DNA from: Nanobdellati archaeon
GTDB lineage: Archaea > EX4484-52 > WAPT01
Length of the DNA stretch: 26,759 nt
Reading direction: 5' to 3'
Assembly (NCBI GenBank): GCA_015520605.1
Contig: WAPT01000013.1
Coordinates: 1-26,759, forward strand
The position numbers were made by a program, and so were the translations under genes. This document shows positions 1 through 8,963 of the stretch, in pieces (position 1 is the stretch's first letter; each line of letters begins with the position of its first letter). The notes below the pieces were generated by a model that worked only from the letters and a program-made list of their open reading frames with translations, ran no database searches and was not told where the DNA came from.

Positions 1-29
1 AGGGATTAACAATAAGTAGAGTTCAAAGT

Positions 30-296
30 TCAGAAAAGATCCTTCTCGCTAACTATGACGAAATCACCGACACTCTTAACAGCAGAGAACGGAATGATGT
101 AATTACCCTTCTCATCCTGTTGTATGTTAGCTTCTTTAGCGGCACGAGTAGGGCTCACAAGAATTATATTGATGAGTTCCCCAGTATCCGCGATGAATGT
201 GACATCGTCCACCACACCGAACTTACTGCCAGTCTCATCGCTAACGACGACCTTACCAATTATTTCATGCGCCCTTACCCTCTGCTCCTTAAACAT
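30..296 (-). CDS. PRC-barrel domain protein (CdpB-like, possibly cell division)
   Basis: Pattern IIGKVVVSDETGSKFGVVDDVTF...TGEL...IIPFSAVKSVGDFVIV is typical of archaeal PRC barrels. Start moved to ATG 296, which follows an AGGTGGTG SD. Confidence 0.85.
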   Translation of the reverse strand: MFKEQRVRAHEIIGKVVVSDETGSKFGVVDDVTFIADTGELINIILVSPTRAAKEANIQQDEKGNYIIPFSAVKSVGDFVIVSEKDLF

Positions 297-348
297 AAAA
301 CACCACCTATACCAGAAATATGTATGCAAAACTTTTTAATTAATTTTG

Positions 349-1029
349 TTAAATATGTGCAAGAAGCATGGCCACATATCCACCAGCAAGAGATGCTAGA
401 AAATTGACACTTCCGTTTGAGAGTACACCCTCGTTTTCCCAGATTCCCAAGAAACTATCCAACACGTCGCCAAGAAAGCCACCAGTAAAAATCGCGAGAA
501 TATGATGAAAGGTAATTACCTCGTTCATAAAAAAGAAACAAAGAATCGCAAAAACAAGTGCTCCTAATAGTCCTGCAAAGATGCCGAGTGGTGTGATGGC
601 TCCATTCGTTCCTTTAGGTACACGTTTCCCTAGATTGGTGATGAGAACAGGGTCAGATCGAGATAGCACACCTATCTCGGAACTGATGGTGTCTGAAAGC
701 GCCGCTGCAAGGCTACCGGTAAACAGGAATGGTAGGTTAAGAAGTGCTGCCACAAATGCTACGATGCCGTTTGAGATTACATTGTCAGCACTCCTTTGTC
801 TGTCCTTTTCCTCCTCTCCCTTCTTATCGCTTCCAAAGTAGGTAGCATAGAGAGCTATGAGAAGAAAAGACACCATAACTCCAAACCACCTTACTCCTCG
901 AAGTAAAATTATGTCCATTCCAAACAATGTAGCGATCAAAACCGCGATGTGATCAAAAGCCTTCTTCTTGGAAGTCAGAATTGCCAGAAAAATAACAAAG
1001 ATGGAAGAAAGAACCATTGCCTCCTTCAT
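349..1029 (-). CDS. DUF92/TMEM19 family membrane protein
   Basis: Multi-TM protein with R-x-x-x-N-V-x-x-N-G, SDTISSEIG, PVLIT, VPKGTNGAITPLG and DSFLG...NGSVNF motifs. ATG 1029 follows an AGGTG SD. Confidence 0.85.
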   Translation of the reverse strand: MKEAMVLSSIFVIFLAILTSKKKAFDHIAVLIATLFGMDIILLRGVRWFGVMVSFLLIALYATYFGSDKKGEEEKDRQRSADNVISNGIVAFVAALLNLPFLFTGSLAAALSDTISSEIGVLSRSDPVLITNLGKRVPKGTNGAITPLGIFAGLLGALVFAILCFFFMNEVITFHHILAIFTGGFLGDVLDSFLGIWENEGVLSNGSVNFLASLAGGYVAMLLAHI

Positions 1030-1039
1030 CGTAAAACAC

Positions 1040-2101
1040 CTACGACTCAACAAAGATGTTCTTTATCTTCGGGGTAAGGTCATAAACATATGTCCTGCCC
1101 CTTTTTCTTCTCATCACAAAACCCCCATTCTCAAGCCTTCTGAGAAGGTTGTTCATCGCCCTTAAAGCATGCATCTTAGTTTTGTAGGAACTCATATCTA
1201 TCTGCTCGATAATTTCAGCCGGAGTCATCGCGCCCTTTCTGGCAAGAAGCTCAACAACTTCCCTTTGTTTTTCCGTTAGACCCTCCAGTTCTTCAACCGG
1301 GTTGGTTGTGGAGCTTTCATTCTCTTCGCTACTTACAAAAAACGAACCATCTATGACGTATGTGTTCCTTCTTATCGCTTCATTTACAAGCTGATTACAG
1401 AGTTTCAGAACTTCTCTAGGAAAGCCACCAGTCATCCTGTAGATCATTTCGAGGGCTTCAAGAGTAAACGGCTCTATGCCCTTTCCCCCAACATCCTCTA
1501 TCCTCTTTCTCACCAGCTCTATCATTTCGTCCTTGCTGAGGGTGTTGAGTTCTACTTCAAGCGTGACTCTCTGGCTGAGTGTTTCAAGTTGCTTTAATGT
1601 CTCGCTCTTAAGTTTCGGTAATCCTGCAAAAATCGCGATGCAATTAGGGATGTGATCACCAATGCTTCTTAACCATTCAAGAATGTCGGTCGTGGATTCG
1701 TGCGCTTCGTCCACAAGCAACAGGAACTTCCTGCCACCATATTTCTTTCTGAATCTTTCCGGAATGTCGTAGATCGTGAGGTTTTTTCTTCCAAAAATTC
1801 GTTCCAACAGGGTGGGTTTTAGGACACTCTCCCGAAAAACTTCAACTATTTCTTCCTTTGTCGTCGGAGGTTTTGGCAAGTAGAGTGAAAAATACTTGGT
1901 GGAGAGCCATTTGAGCAATGTTGTCTTACCCGCTCCTGTGGGGCCGATTATGATTATGAACTTCTCACCATCCCCTATACCTGAAAGAAGATTTCCAACC
2001 TCACTACTGTGACCAACAAAAAGGTGAGGTTTTATTTCCAGTGTGAAAGGATTACCATCCCAACCCAGTCGAGAGTACCATGAAGCTTTCGCGTCTTCCA
2101 T
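1040..2101 (-). CDS. AAA+ ATPase (ExeA-like N-terminus) with C-terminal winged helix
   Basis: N-terminal GWxxNPF, Walker A GPTGAGKT, Walker B LLLVDEAH, SQR arginine finger, GGFPRE sensor-2, and a wHTH-like tail (LRRLENGGFVMRRKRGRTYVYDL). ATG 2101 follows an AGGTGA SD. Confidence 0.8.
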   Translation of the reverse strand: MEDAKASWYSRLGWDGNPFTLEIKPHLFVGHSSEVGNLLSGIGDGEKFIIIIGPTGAGKTTLLKWLSTKYFSLYLPKPPTTKEEIVEVFRESVLKPTLLERIFGRKNLTIYDIPERFRKKYGGRKFLLLVDEAHESTTDILEWLRSIGDHIPNCIAIFAGLPKLKSETLKQLETLSQRVTLEVELNTLSKDEMIELVRKRIEDVGGKGIEPFTLEALEMIYRMTGGFPREVLKLCNQLVNEAIRRNTYVIDGSFFVSSEENESSTTNPVEELEGLTEKQREVVELLARKGAMTPAEIIEQIDMSSYKTKMHALRAMNNLLRRLENGGFVMRRKRGRTYVYDLTPKIKNIFVES

Positions 2102-2203
2102 GAAGTTCACCTGAAATTAAAATTAACTTCACGTTAATGGATAAAGATAGTAAGATTATAAACTAAAGTAAGATTTAAATTTTTAAGAACGTGGAGCATC
2201 TTA

Positions 2204-2779
2204 ATGCACACCACTAAAAGATGTTTCATAGCATTTAACCTACCGGAACGCGTAAAGGACGAGATTCTTAATGCAATAGGAGGACATACACGTGAAGTTA
2301 AAAGAGTTGCCGATGTGAAGTTCGTAAGCAGAGAAAACCTGCACATAACCGCGAAGTTTCTCGGGAACATAAGCGAGAGTACAATAGAGGATATTTCACG
2401 TGCCTTAACAGACCTATCTAGAAACTTGCGTGAAGTTCAATGTGAACTTCATCCAGACTTAGGATGCTTCCCCAGCGAGAACCACATACGGGTTGTGTGG
2501 GTCGGGGTAAGCTCGGACGATAAGCTCGAAAATATGATGCGTGAAATTGATGACGAGATCTCAAAAATCGGGTTCAGAAAGGAAAAAAATTACATACCCC
2601 ACATAACCGTGTTTAGAGTGAAGAAAGTTCACAATAAGAACAGGTTGCGTGAACTTCTGAAGAAATCCAAAATACCAAAAGTGAAATTCATTTTGAAGGA
2701 AGTGGTACTTTACGAAAGCGTACTAAGACAAGAAGGACCAACATACCTCCCATTAAAGGTTTACCATCTCTCAAGGTGA
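2204..2779 (+). CDS. thpR: RNA 2',3'-cyclic phosphodiesterase (2H family, LigT/ThpR)
   Basis: N-terminal RCFIA, two HxT motifs (LHITAKF, PHITVFR), GCFP...RVVWVG, and C-terminal LYESVL...GPTY. Confidence 0.92.
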   Translation: MHTTKRCFIAFNLPERVKDEILNAIGGHTREVKRVADVKFVSRENLHITAKFLGNISESTIEDISRALTDLSRNLREVQCELHPDLGCFPSENHIRVVWVGVSSDDKLENMMREIDDEISKIGFRKEKNYIPHITVFRVKKVHNKNRLRELLKKSKIPKVKFILKEVVLYESVLRQEGPTYLPLKVYHLSR

Positions 2780-2786
2780 ATTAAAC

Positions 2787-3200
2787 GTGAAGATAAACGT
2801 GAACTTCACTGATGTTTTCCTTTTAGTATCTTTCTTTTTTCTTTCCATCCTCACTTGTGTTTTAGCTGGGCGTTTCCATGTGAAGGTGGTTGATGCCTGT
2901 GAACTCGAGAACTACAAAAATGATTATGTGAAAGTTTGCTTTTCCAAAACTTCAATAAAAAAGGGCCACAACTTTGTTAGAATCTATATTCTTGATAATT
3001 CTTCCAAAGCTTGTGGTGAACTCATAATTTTTTCACGTGACGTGAACATGAACTTAATGAGTAGAAATATTATTTGTGCAGAAGGAGAAGTAAATTATAA
3101 TGGAATTATGGTTGTTAAGAAGCTCTATATTTGTGAAGATAATCTCTTATGTTTACAGCAACACCCCTTTCAAACTCCATCATCTCATCAGGAGTCATGA
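2787..3200 (+). CDS. Hypothetical membrane-anchored protein, possibly OB-fold
   Basis: GTG start after an AGGTGA SD, one N-terminal hydrophobic helix, then a beta-rich domain (ICAEGEVNYNGIMVVKKLYI). The 3' end overlaps tgtA. Confidence 0.6.
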   Translation: MKINVNFTDVFLLVSFFFLSILTCVLAGRFHVKVVDACELENYKNDYVKVCFSKTSIKKGHNFVRIYILDNSSKACGELIIFSRDVNMNLMSRNIICAEGEVNYNGIMVVKKLYICEDNLLCLQQHPFQTPSSHQES

Positions 3201-4851
3201 GCGCCGTTCCACATCCAATAAGTTCGTTCTCTGTTGTTTTTACCATAACTTCATCCCCAACCCTTATTTTGCCTGAGCTTTTCACCACGAACTTTGCGAA
3301 CACGTTTTTCCCCTCTTTAACGAACGACTCCGCCTCCTCATCAACCACCACAACATAATCCTCCCCGAAAAGACGCTCCGCTCTCATGAAAAAGTAAAGG
3401 GTTGGGACAAAAAGACCATCTTGCGCCCTCATCGTGCCGAGGAGTTTGTCTCCATCGTAAATTCTCCTTATCGCACCACTTGCTTTGGAAAACTCGACGT
3501 GAAGGTTCATTGTTTTAAAGATGGGGGCTACATCAATACCGTACTGGTAAATAATAACTGCCCTAACTATTTCTATTGCTTCTTCCTCACTATCTGTAAC
3601 TTTCCCCTCATCCTCCCAACTTTCCGAGGTCATTTCGGGAAATACCGTCTGCGCAAAAGGATATGTACATCTCAACTCATGAGGTATGTTGTATTTGAGC
3701 CAGCGGAACGTTCTTTTACTCTTTACCCTCCTCGCTTTTCTTGCCGCCAATCTAAAGGTTGGCCTCGTCATACTAAGATCATCAAAATAGAAAGTGCCTT
3801 TAAGGCGTGAAGCTGGCTCAAATTTATCAAGGAATTTCTTATATTTTCTTAGCTCGAGATAGGCTTTGATCATGGAGGGGTGTGATCTTATCCTCTGCTC
3901 GACCAGCTCCCACAGTCTCTTTTCGTAAATTGCCTGTTTGATGGTTTTGAGCTCCTCTGCAATGACATGAAGGTTGTGGAGCGCCAATTCTCGCTCGGTG
4001 AATTCCCTTATGGAGTAAGATGTGCATACAGGACATGTGCAGGCGACATCTCTCATCTCATTTATGTTGAAGCTGTGACCTGTCTGAAGGAGGTATTTAC
4101 CACGTTTTGCTGCTAAGGCATAGTAAGCACTATCAAATAAGTCTATTCCTAGGAGGACAGCTAAACTGAATATTAGCGGGTGTCCGGCTCCAAAAAGGTG
4201 TACTGGCTTGCTGAGTGGGAGTTGCTGCTTGGCTGTAAGTATCTGGTTGACCACTATATCAAACCAATAGTTATCGAGCGCAGGCACCACGCTGCCGATG
4301 CAGTACAGGTCGAAGTCCATCTCTGCCATTTTCCTTGCGCAATAGGCAACAAGATCCATGTGTTTGCCCCCTTGGATGGGTCCGGCCCATAAAGTGGAAT
4401 CCTTCCCGAGAGTGAACAATTTCCTCGCTCTCCTTATAGTCTCATCGACCATTTCTTTTGCTTTCTGTTTGTTTTCCCCCAACCCCACAATAAGGTCGAG
4501 AATCACACCTATGTCTGTGTTGATCTTCTTCTGAAAATCAATAGCGCTTTCGTTTGTCAGCTCAACATCCTTATACTGGTAGGCTTGAAATGCTCCGCTG
4601 TCCGTCATGATCACACCATCGAAACCCAAGAAATTATGGAGCCCCATCTTTATCACTTCATCGCGCTTCGTTTTCCAGAGGATATAGGAGCTCGTGATGA
4701 TCGGAAGACCAAGTTTCTTTATTTCTGCTGGTTTGATCGTCGGTATGTTCGGGTTATAAACCACAAAAATTGTGGGTGTTTCAAGTACTTTCCCTCTTAC
4801 TTTAAACTTACCTATTCTTGCAAGACCTTCCCTTTCCTTTATTTCAAACAT
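3115..4851 (-). CDS. tgtA: Archaeosine tRNA-guanine(15) transglycosylase (ArcTGT)
   Basis: ARIG..ETP, MTDSGAFQ (catalytic Asp), GPIQGG, PVHLFGAGHP, DLFDSA, Zn site CTCPVC...HNL, LWELVEQRIRSHP, and a C-terminal PUA domain (GKNVFAKFV...IRVGDEV). Confidence 0.95.
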   Translation of the reverse strand: MFEIKEREGLARIGKFKVRGKVLETPTIFVVYNPNIPTIKPAEIKKLGLPIITSSYILWKTKRDEVIKMGLHNFLGFDGVIMTDSGAFQAYQYKDVELTNESAIDFQKKINTDIGVILDLIVGLGENKQKAKEMVDETIRRARKLFTLGKDSTLWAGPIQGGKHMDLVAYCARKMAEMDFDLYCIGSVVPALDNYWFDIVVNQILTAKQQLPLSKPVHLFGAGHPLIFSLAVLLGIDLFDSAYYALAAKRGKYLLQTGHSFNINEMRDVACTCPVCTSYSIREFTERELALHNLHVIAEELKTIKQAIYEKRLWELVEQRIRSHPSMIKAYLELRKYKKFLDKFEPASRLKGTFYFDDLSMTRPTFRLAARKARRVKSKRTFRWLKYNIPHELRCTYPFAQTVFPEMTSESWEDEGKVTDSEEEAIEIVRAVIIYQYGIDVAPIFKTMNLHVEFSKASGAIRRIYDGDKLLGTMRAQDGLFVPTLYFFMRAERLFGEDYVVVVDEEAESFVKEGKNVFAKFVVKSSGKIRVGDEVMVKTTENELIGCGTALMTPDEMMEFERGVAVNIRDYLHKYRAS

Positions 4852-4902
4852 AATCGTGCTTTTTTTGCTAAATTATTAAAGGTTTGGCGATTAGCTTAGT
4901 GC
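4852..4902. promoter_or_regulatory. Putative bidirectional TATA promoter between tgtA and the RaSEA-ArcS gene
   Basis: TTATTAAA at 4873-4880 (TTTAATAA on the minus strand) lies 21-22 nt from both start codons in a 51-bp gap. Neither gene has an SD. Confidence 0.5.
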
Positions 4903-6306
4903 ATGGCTGAATGTGTTATCATCACCTACAGCGGGAAGTGTTTTTGGGGAAAGTGTATATTCTGTCCTTTCGGTCAAAAGGAGAAAGGGAGAAAGAGCTG
5001 TGAAGAGCTCAAGAGAGAGGTTGAAGAGAAAATAAAGAAGTGTAAGGAAAAGACGAATTTTGATGAGGATGAAAGGAAAGTGTTGAAGTTCTTTAACTCT
5101 GGAAGCTTTCTCGATGAAAATCAAATTCCCGCTGAGTTCAGGAAGACGCTAATCGATATCGCGAGAAAACATGGGTTTGATTCTGTGGTGGTCGAGGTTG
5201 TCCCTCAGTTCGTTATTGAAAAGAGGAAGGAAGCCTGCTCCCTTATCAAGTACGCATTGAATAAGGGTGTTGAGCTCTGGTTTGCTATGGGGCTTGAAGC
5301 AGCTGATGATGACATCCTTGCTAAGATAAACAAGCCGTTCAGCATTAAACAATTCGTGGAGGCGTGTAAGATAATAAGGAGTTGTGGGGGTAAAGTGAGG
5401 GCATATTTAATGGTTAATCTGCCCTTTGTGGAAGACGATATTACCCTCCTTGTAAAATCACTTGCCTTCTGTAAAGATCATACTGATAAAGCCGTGCTCA
5501 TAAACACCTATGCAAGGCCGGGAACTGCACTCTTCAAACTCTGGCTCGAGGGAAAATGGCATCCAATCTCGAGAAAGGAGTTTGAAGATAGAGTTAAAAA
5601 AGCGCTTGAACTCAGCGGGGTTGGGGAGAACTTTGTAGAGAGATACTACGAGGATTATATATGTCCTCCGAGGATCCCAAAAAAAGAAAGAGAATTTCTA
5701 ACGGGTGTCGGTAGAGAGTACCTTCTACATCCTCACTTCAACCTGTGGCATGACTATATAGTTAAGGTTTACGAGCCCCCTTCGTTCAAGAAGTTCGCAC
5801 TCTTTCTCCCCTGCTCCTACAGGAAGCCCTACTCAAAGTCAGCAACCCACAGAGCCATATTAAGGAAGCTCGTTCAGCTGTCGTTCTACGGGAGGATACA
5901 CCAGATAATGATATCAAATGCTGGAGTCGTGCCAAGAGAGTTCGAGAACGAGTATCCCTTCAACAGCTACGACTGGGAGGAATGGAAAGAAACCGAGGAA
6001 GTTCAGAAAGAATACTATGAGGTTACAAGGCAGAGGCTTGAGAATTATATAAGGGAGAAGAAGGACAATTATATCCTCTGGTTTGCGTATCTCAAGCCGG
6101 ATTCACTTTCTTACAGAGCGCTCATGAATGCGGCAAGAGCTGTTGGGGTTGAGATCGTAGATTGCGTTGACCACGATATCTACCACCGGATTAAAGAAAC
6201 CTACGGGAAACAGGTACTGACTCACCCGGATCTCCTAGACGGCATGATGAAAAAAATAAAGGAATATGTGAAGAAGTGTCCAGATTTTAGTGATGGGAAA
6301 AAGTGA
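4903..6306 (+). CDS. Radical SAM RaSEA-like (TIGR01210-type) domain fused to an ArcS-like DUF5591 domain; putative bifunctional archaeosine synthase
   Basis: N-half: C13-x4-C18-x2-C21, KFFNSGSFLD, MGLEAADD, INKPF, VRAYL, GT-x-x-x-x-L-W-x-x-G-x-W-x-P. C-half: LPCSYRKPYSKSATH (PC-x3-KPY-x2-S-x2-H) and GVVPREFE..YP...YD. Confidence 0.85.
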   Translation: MAECVIITYSGKCFWGKCIFCPFGQKEKGRKSCEELKREVEEKIKKCKEKTNFDEDERKVLKFFNSGSFLDENQIPAEFRKTLIDIARKHGFDSVVVEVVPQFVIEKRKEACSLIKYALNKGVELWFAMGLEAADDDILAKINKPFSIKQFVEACKIIRSCGGKVRAYLMVNLPFVEDDITLLVKSLAFCKDHTDKAVLINTYARPGTALFKLWLEGKWHPISRKEFEDRVKKALELSGVGENFVERYYEDYICPPRIPKKEREFLTGVGREYLLHPHFNLWHDYIVKVYEPPSFKKFALFLPCSYRKPYSKSATHRAILRKLVQLSFYGRIHQIMISNAGVVPREFENEYPFNSYDWEEWKETEEVQKEYYEVTRQRLENYIREKKDNYILWFAYLKPDSLSYRALMNAARAVGVEIVDCVDHDIYHRIKETYGKQVLTHPDLLDGMMKKIKEYVKKCPDFSDGKK

Positions 6307-7370
6307 TCATTATGAGTTCGGATGGTTTTCTGAAAAGACGGAAGATGTTCCTTGAAAAAATGAAGAAGAACGGAATAAGCTGCTCCGTTCTTTATGCAAG
6401 GGATTTTCATCCCAACTTTTACTATCTGACCGGGGTCGTTGATTTTGTGTCGATATTGCTTGCTGACGCTGAAGATGATAAATTCGTTCTTTTTTTAACC
6501 TGTGAGGATCTTGTGCCGAAGGGTTTTGAGGGAGAGGTCAGAAAAATGGGAAAAGATTCCATTAAAGAGCTCTCTGTTCTTCTCAAAAACAGAAAAACCG
6601 TTTGCGTGGATTTCTCACTGCCCCACCACACCATATCAAGACTCTCCAGGGATATGAAAATTCCTCTCAGTAAGATGCGTGACATCTCTGAACTCATACT
6701 GAAGATGAGGGCTGTGAAGGACGATGCAGAGGTGGATAAAGTTAAGAAGTCCTGTGATATTTTGGAAAAGTTGTTTGAAATGGGTGAGAGTGAACCATTA
6801 TGGAAACATACTGATGAGGGTGCATATTTCCTACTCAAGAGATGGATGGCTGAGATGCAGGTTGATCCCGCGTTTGACCCTCTCGTTTGTTATGACGAAA
6901 ACAGCTCTATCATCCATGGTATAAAAAGCGGGAAAATGTGTGAAAGGGTTGCTCTTGTCGATATGGGTGTAAGGTTTCGGAATTACTGTAGTGATGCCAC
7001 CAACACGTACGTTTTTGATGAGGAATTGGAAAGGATAAGAGAAGTTTTGATTGAACTTCTTCATGAACTTTCCAGAAACGCTCGTGATGGCGTCAGAATT
7101 TCCGAGTTGTGTGACCATGCGGAAAGATGTCTCAAAGATTATGGATTTGGTGAGGAAGCGTACTTCAATTTTCACTCATTAGGACACGGAGTAGGGTTAG
7201 AGGTTCATGAAGAGCCCCTGCTCACAAAGAACAGCAATGCGGTGCTCAAGAAAAACATGACAGTCGCTTTTGAACCAGCAGTCTATTTTAAAAGGAAGTT
7301 TGGTATCAGGGTTGAGACCGTTGTGCTTGTAGGAAAAAGGAGAGGGAAGAAACTGATCAAAATTAGATAG
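6303..7370 (+). CDS. Xaa-Pro aminopeptidase/dipeptidase, M24 family
   Basis: NFYYLTG, RAVKD..E, VDMG...YCSDAT, HSLGHGVGLEVHE, EPAVY and GIRVE metal-ligand motifs. GTGA overlap with the upstream stop codon. Confidence 0.9.
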   Translation: MIIMSSDGFLKRRKMFLEKMKKNGISCSVLYARDFHPNFYYLTGVVDFVSILLADAEDDKFVLFLTCEDLVPKGFEGEVRKMGKDSIKELSVLLKNRKTVCVDFSLPHHTISRLSRDMKIPLSKMRDISELILKMRAVKDDAEVDKVKKSCDILEKLFEMGESEPLWKHTDEGAYFLLKRWMAEMQVDPAFDPLVCYDENSSIIHGIKSGKMCERVALVDMGVRFRNYCSDATNTYVFDEELERIREVLIELLHELSRNARDGVRISELCDHAERCLKDYGFGEEAYFNFHSLGHGVGLEVHEEPLLTKNSNAVLKKNMTVAFEPAVYFKRKFGIRVETVVLVGKRRGKKLIKIR

Positions 7371-7371
7371 A

Positions 7372-8712
7372 CTACTCCAGGTCATTCTGTCCCAGAACGG
7401 TTATGCTACTTTTTCTCTTCGTTTTTACTTCCCTCCCCACAAGAATAGATATACCTTTGCTTGCCGCCCTCAAGATTTCGTCAGTTATATCAGCATCCAC
7501 CACCACTGCTCTTGCGTTCTCCACCTGGGTAAGCGCTTTTTCCAGCTCTTTAAGGGGAACTCTACCGATAAACTCCAGTTTCTCGTTGAATATTGATGCT
7601 GCACGCGTTCCAACAAGATCTTCAAGTTCTCTTTTAAAAATATCTTTTATTTCTGGGTGGGTTTCTTCAATTTTTTCCATCCTTATAGAGATATTTTTTT
7701 TCTCCATTGATGACTGATCTTCCTCTTTTTTTTCACCAGTTCTTATATGTTTTGGTTTTGTATGTTTTCTTTCTTCCCGCACACCCACCGACAATGTCTG
7801 TTCTTTTTCATTGAATTTCTGTGTATTCTCTCTTTTTTTATCAATACCGTCTGCGGTAAACGACCCCTTTACTTCACTCAAATACTGCGTTCCCTGCTGA
7901 CCTCCAATCCCCTCTACCGGAACAGCCTCGCGCAGACACTTATACAGTTCCTTGCGCGTTAGCTCCTCTACCTCCTTACCACGTGGTGCCCTCGCCACAT
8001 AATCTATATCTGCTTTCTGAAGAAGCTCTTTGAGGATTAAATCACCACCCCTATCTCCATCCAGAAGGACGGTGACCTCCTTCTCTTTAGAAAGGTCGAT
8101 TATGGTCTGAGGGACGCTTGTTCCCTCGAGCGCTATTACATTCCTAATGCCGTGTTTGAGAAGGTTTATCACATCGGCTCTTCCTTCCACCACAATTATC
8201 TTGTCAGACTCCACAACCGCCGGACCGGCAGGCAGGCCTCTGTACTCCGTTATCTCATTTGCACGGACGGACTGCATGAGATCTTCCGTTATCTGTGAGG
8301 GTTCAGGGAGCTGAGCAAGAACCTGCTGAAGAAGCTCTTTTGCTCTGTCCACGATGTACTTCCTCTTTACAGTTCTCAAATCCTCCACATAAACCACTTT
8401 TATATTTGCGTTACACGGTCCTATTCGTTCTATGGTTTCAAGTGCTGCGGCTATAAGAACCGTTTCAGCTACATCAAGACTGGTGGGTATGGTTATTGTG
8501 CCCTCGGATTTGCCCTTGTCGTAAGTTATATCGACTTCAATTCTCCCCATCCGTCCAGTACGTTGTAGCTCTCTTAAATCAAGATCTGGTCCAAGCAAAC
8601 CCTCAGTTTGACCAAAGATGGCACCTATAACATCTGGCCTTTCCACATAACCAGAGGCTTTGAATTTGGCTTTAATGAGATATTTTACCGATGTCTGAGC
8701 AAGTTTAGCCAT
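7372..8712 (-). CDS. dnaG: Archaeal DnaG (TOPRIM primase-like, exosome-associated)
   Basis: KYLIKA, VERPDVIGAIFGQTEGLLG, LRELQRTGRMGRI, IIVVEGRADV, DGDRGG and EVEEL motifs. AGGTGA SD at 8720-8725. Confidence 0.96.
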   Translation of the reverse strand: MAKLAQTSVKYLIKAKFKASGYVERPDVIGAIFGQTEGLLGPDLDLRELQRTGRMGRIEVDITYDKGKSEGTITIPTSLDVAETVLIAAALETIERIGPCNANIKVVYVEDLRTVKRKYIVDRAKELLQQVLAQLPEPSQITEDLMQSVRANEITEYRGLPAGPAVVESDKIIVVEGRADVINLLKHGIRNVIALEGTSVPQTIIDLSKEKEVTVLLDGDRGGDLILKELLQKADIDYVARAPRGKEVEELTRKELYKCLREAVPVEGIGGQQGTQYLSEVKGSFTADGIDKKRENTQKFNEKEQTLSVGVREERKHTKPKHIRTGEKKEEDQSSMEKKNISIRMEKIEETHPEIKDIFKRELEDLVGTRAASIFNEKLEFIGRVPLKELEKALTQVENARAVVVDADITDEILRAASKGISILVGREVKTKRKSSITVLGQNDLE

Positions 8713-8745
8713 ATGAACATCACCTTGTGTGTTTTTTATTTATAG

Positions 8746-8963
8746 ATCCAACCCAGAAGCAACCCCACACCCACACCACCGCATTTATTCATCCAAGAAC
8801 CGTCATGTATCGTCATGTGCATTGTGAAAACAAATGTTGTTTAAGTTAGTGGGAAGTGAATATGAATTGCTCTGGGTTGGATGGTGAAGTATGGCCCACA
8901 TGTAACACAGCGCTTCATCGTAGGCCAGAGGCGCACTCTGGCTGCTGACGGGTGTGGGCCATA
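8746..8963 (-). ncRNA. Candidate structured RNA (two long hairpins) upstream of dnaG; family unknown
   Basis: Perfect 11-bp stem 8890-8900/8953-8963 with an inner 7-bp stem 8924-8930/8936-8942. A second stem of about 27 bp at 8746-8774/8856-8882 extends through G-U pairs only on the minus strand. Confidence 0.45.

Noticed and set aside
8801-8820. Tandem CGTCATGT repeat
   Set aside because: Two 8-nt copies are too short to distinguish from chance.
8746-8963. tRNA, split tRNA, SRP RNA, RNase P RNA, or C/D or H/ACA guide
   Set aside because: No T-loop GTTCRA, SRP helix-8 motif or RNase P GAGGAAAGTCC, and no clean C/D or ACA boxes. Only a non-standard k-turn-like arrangement is possible, so it is left unassigned.
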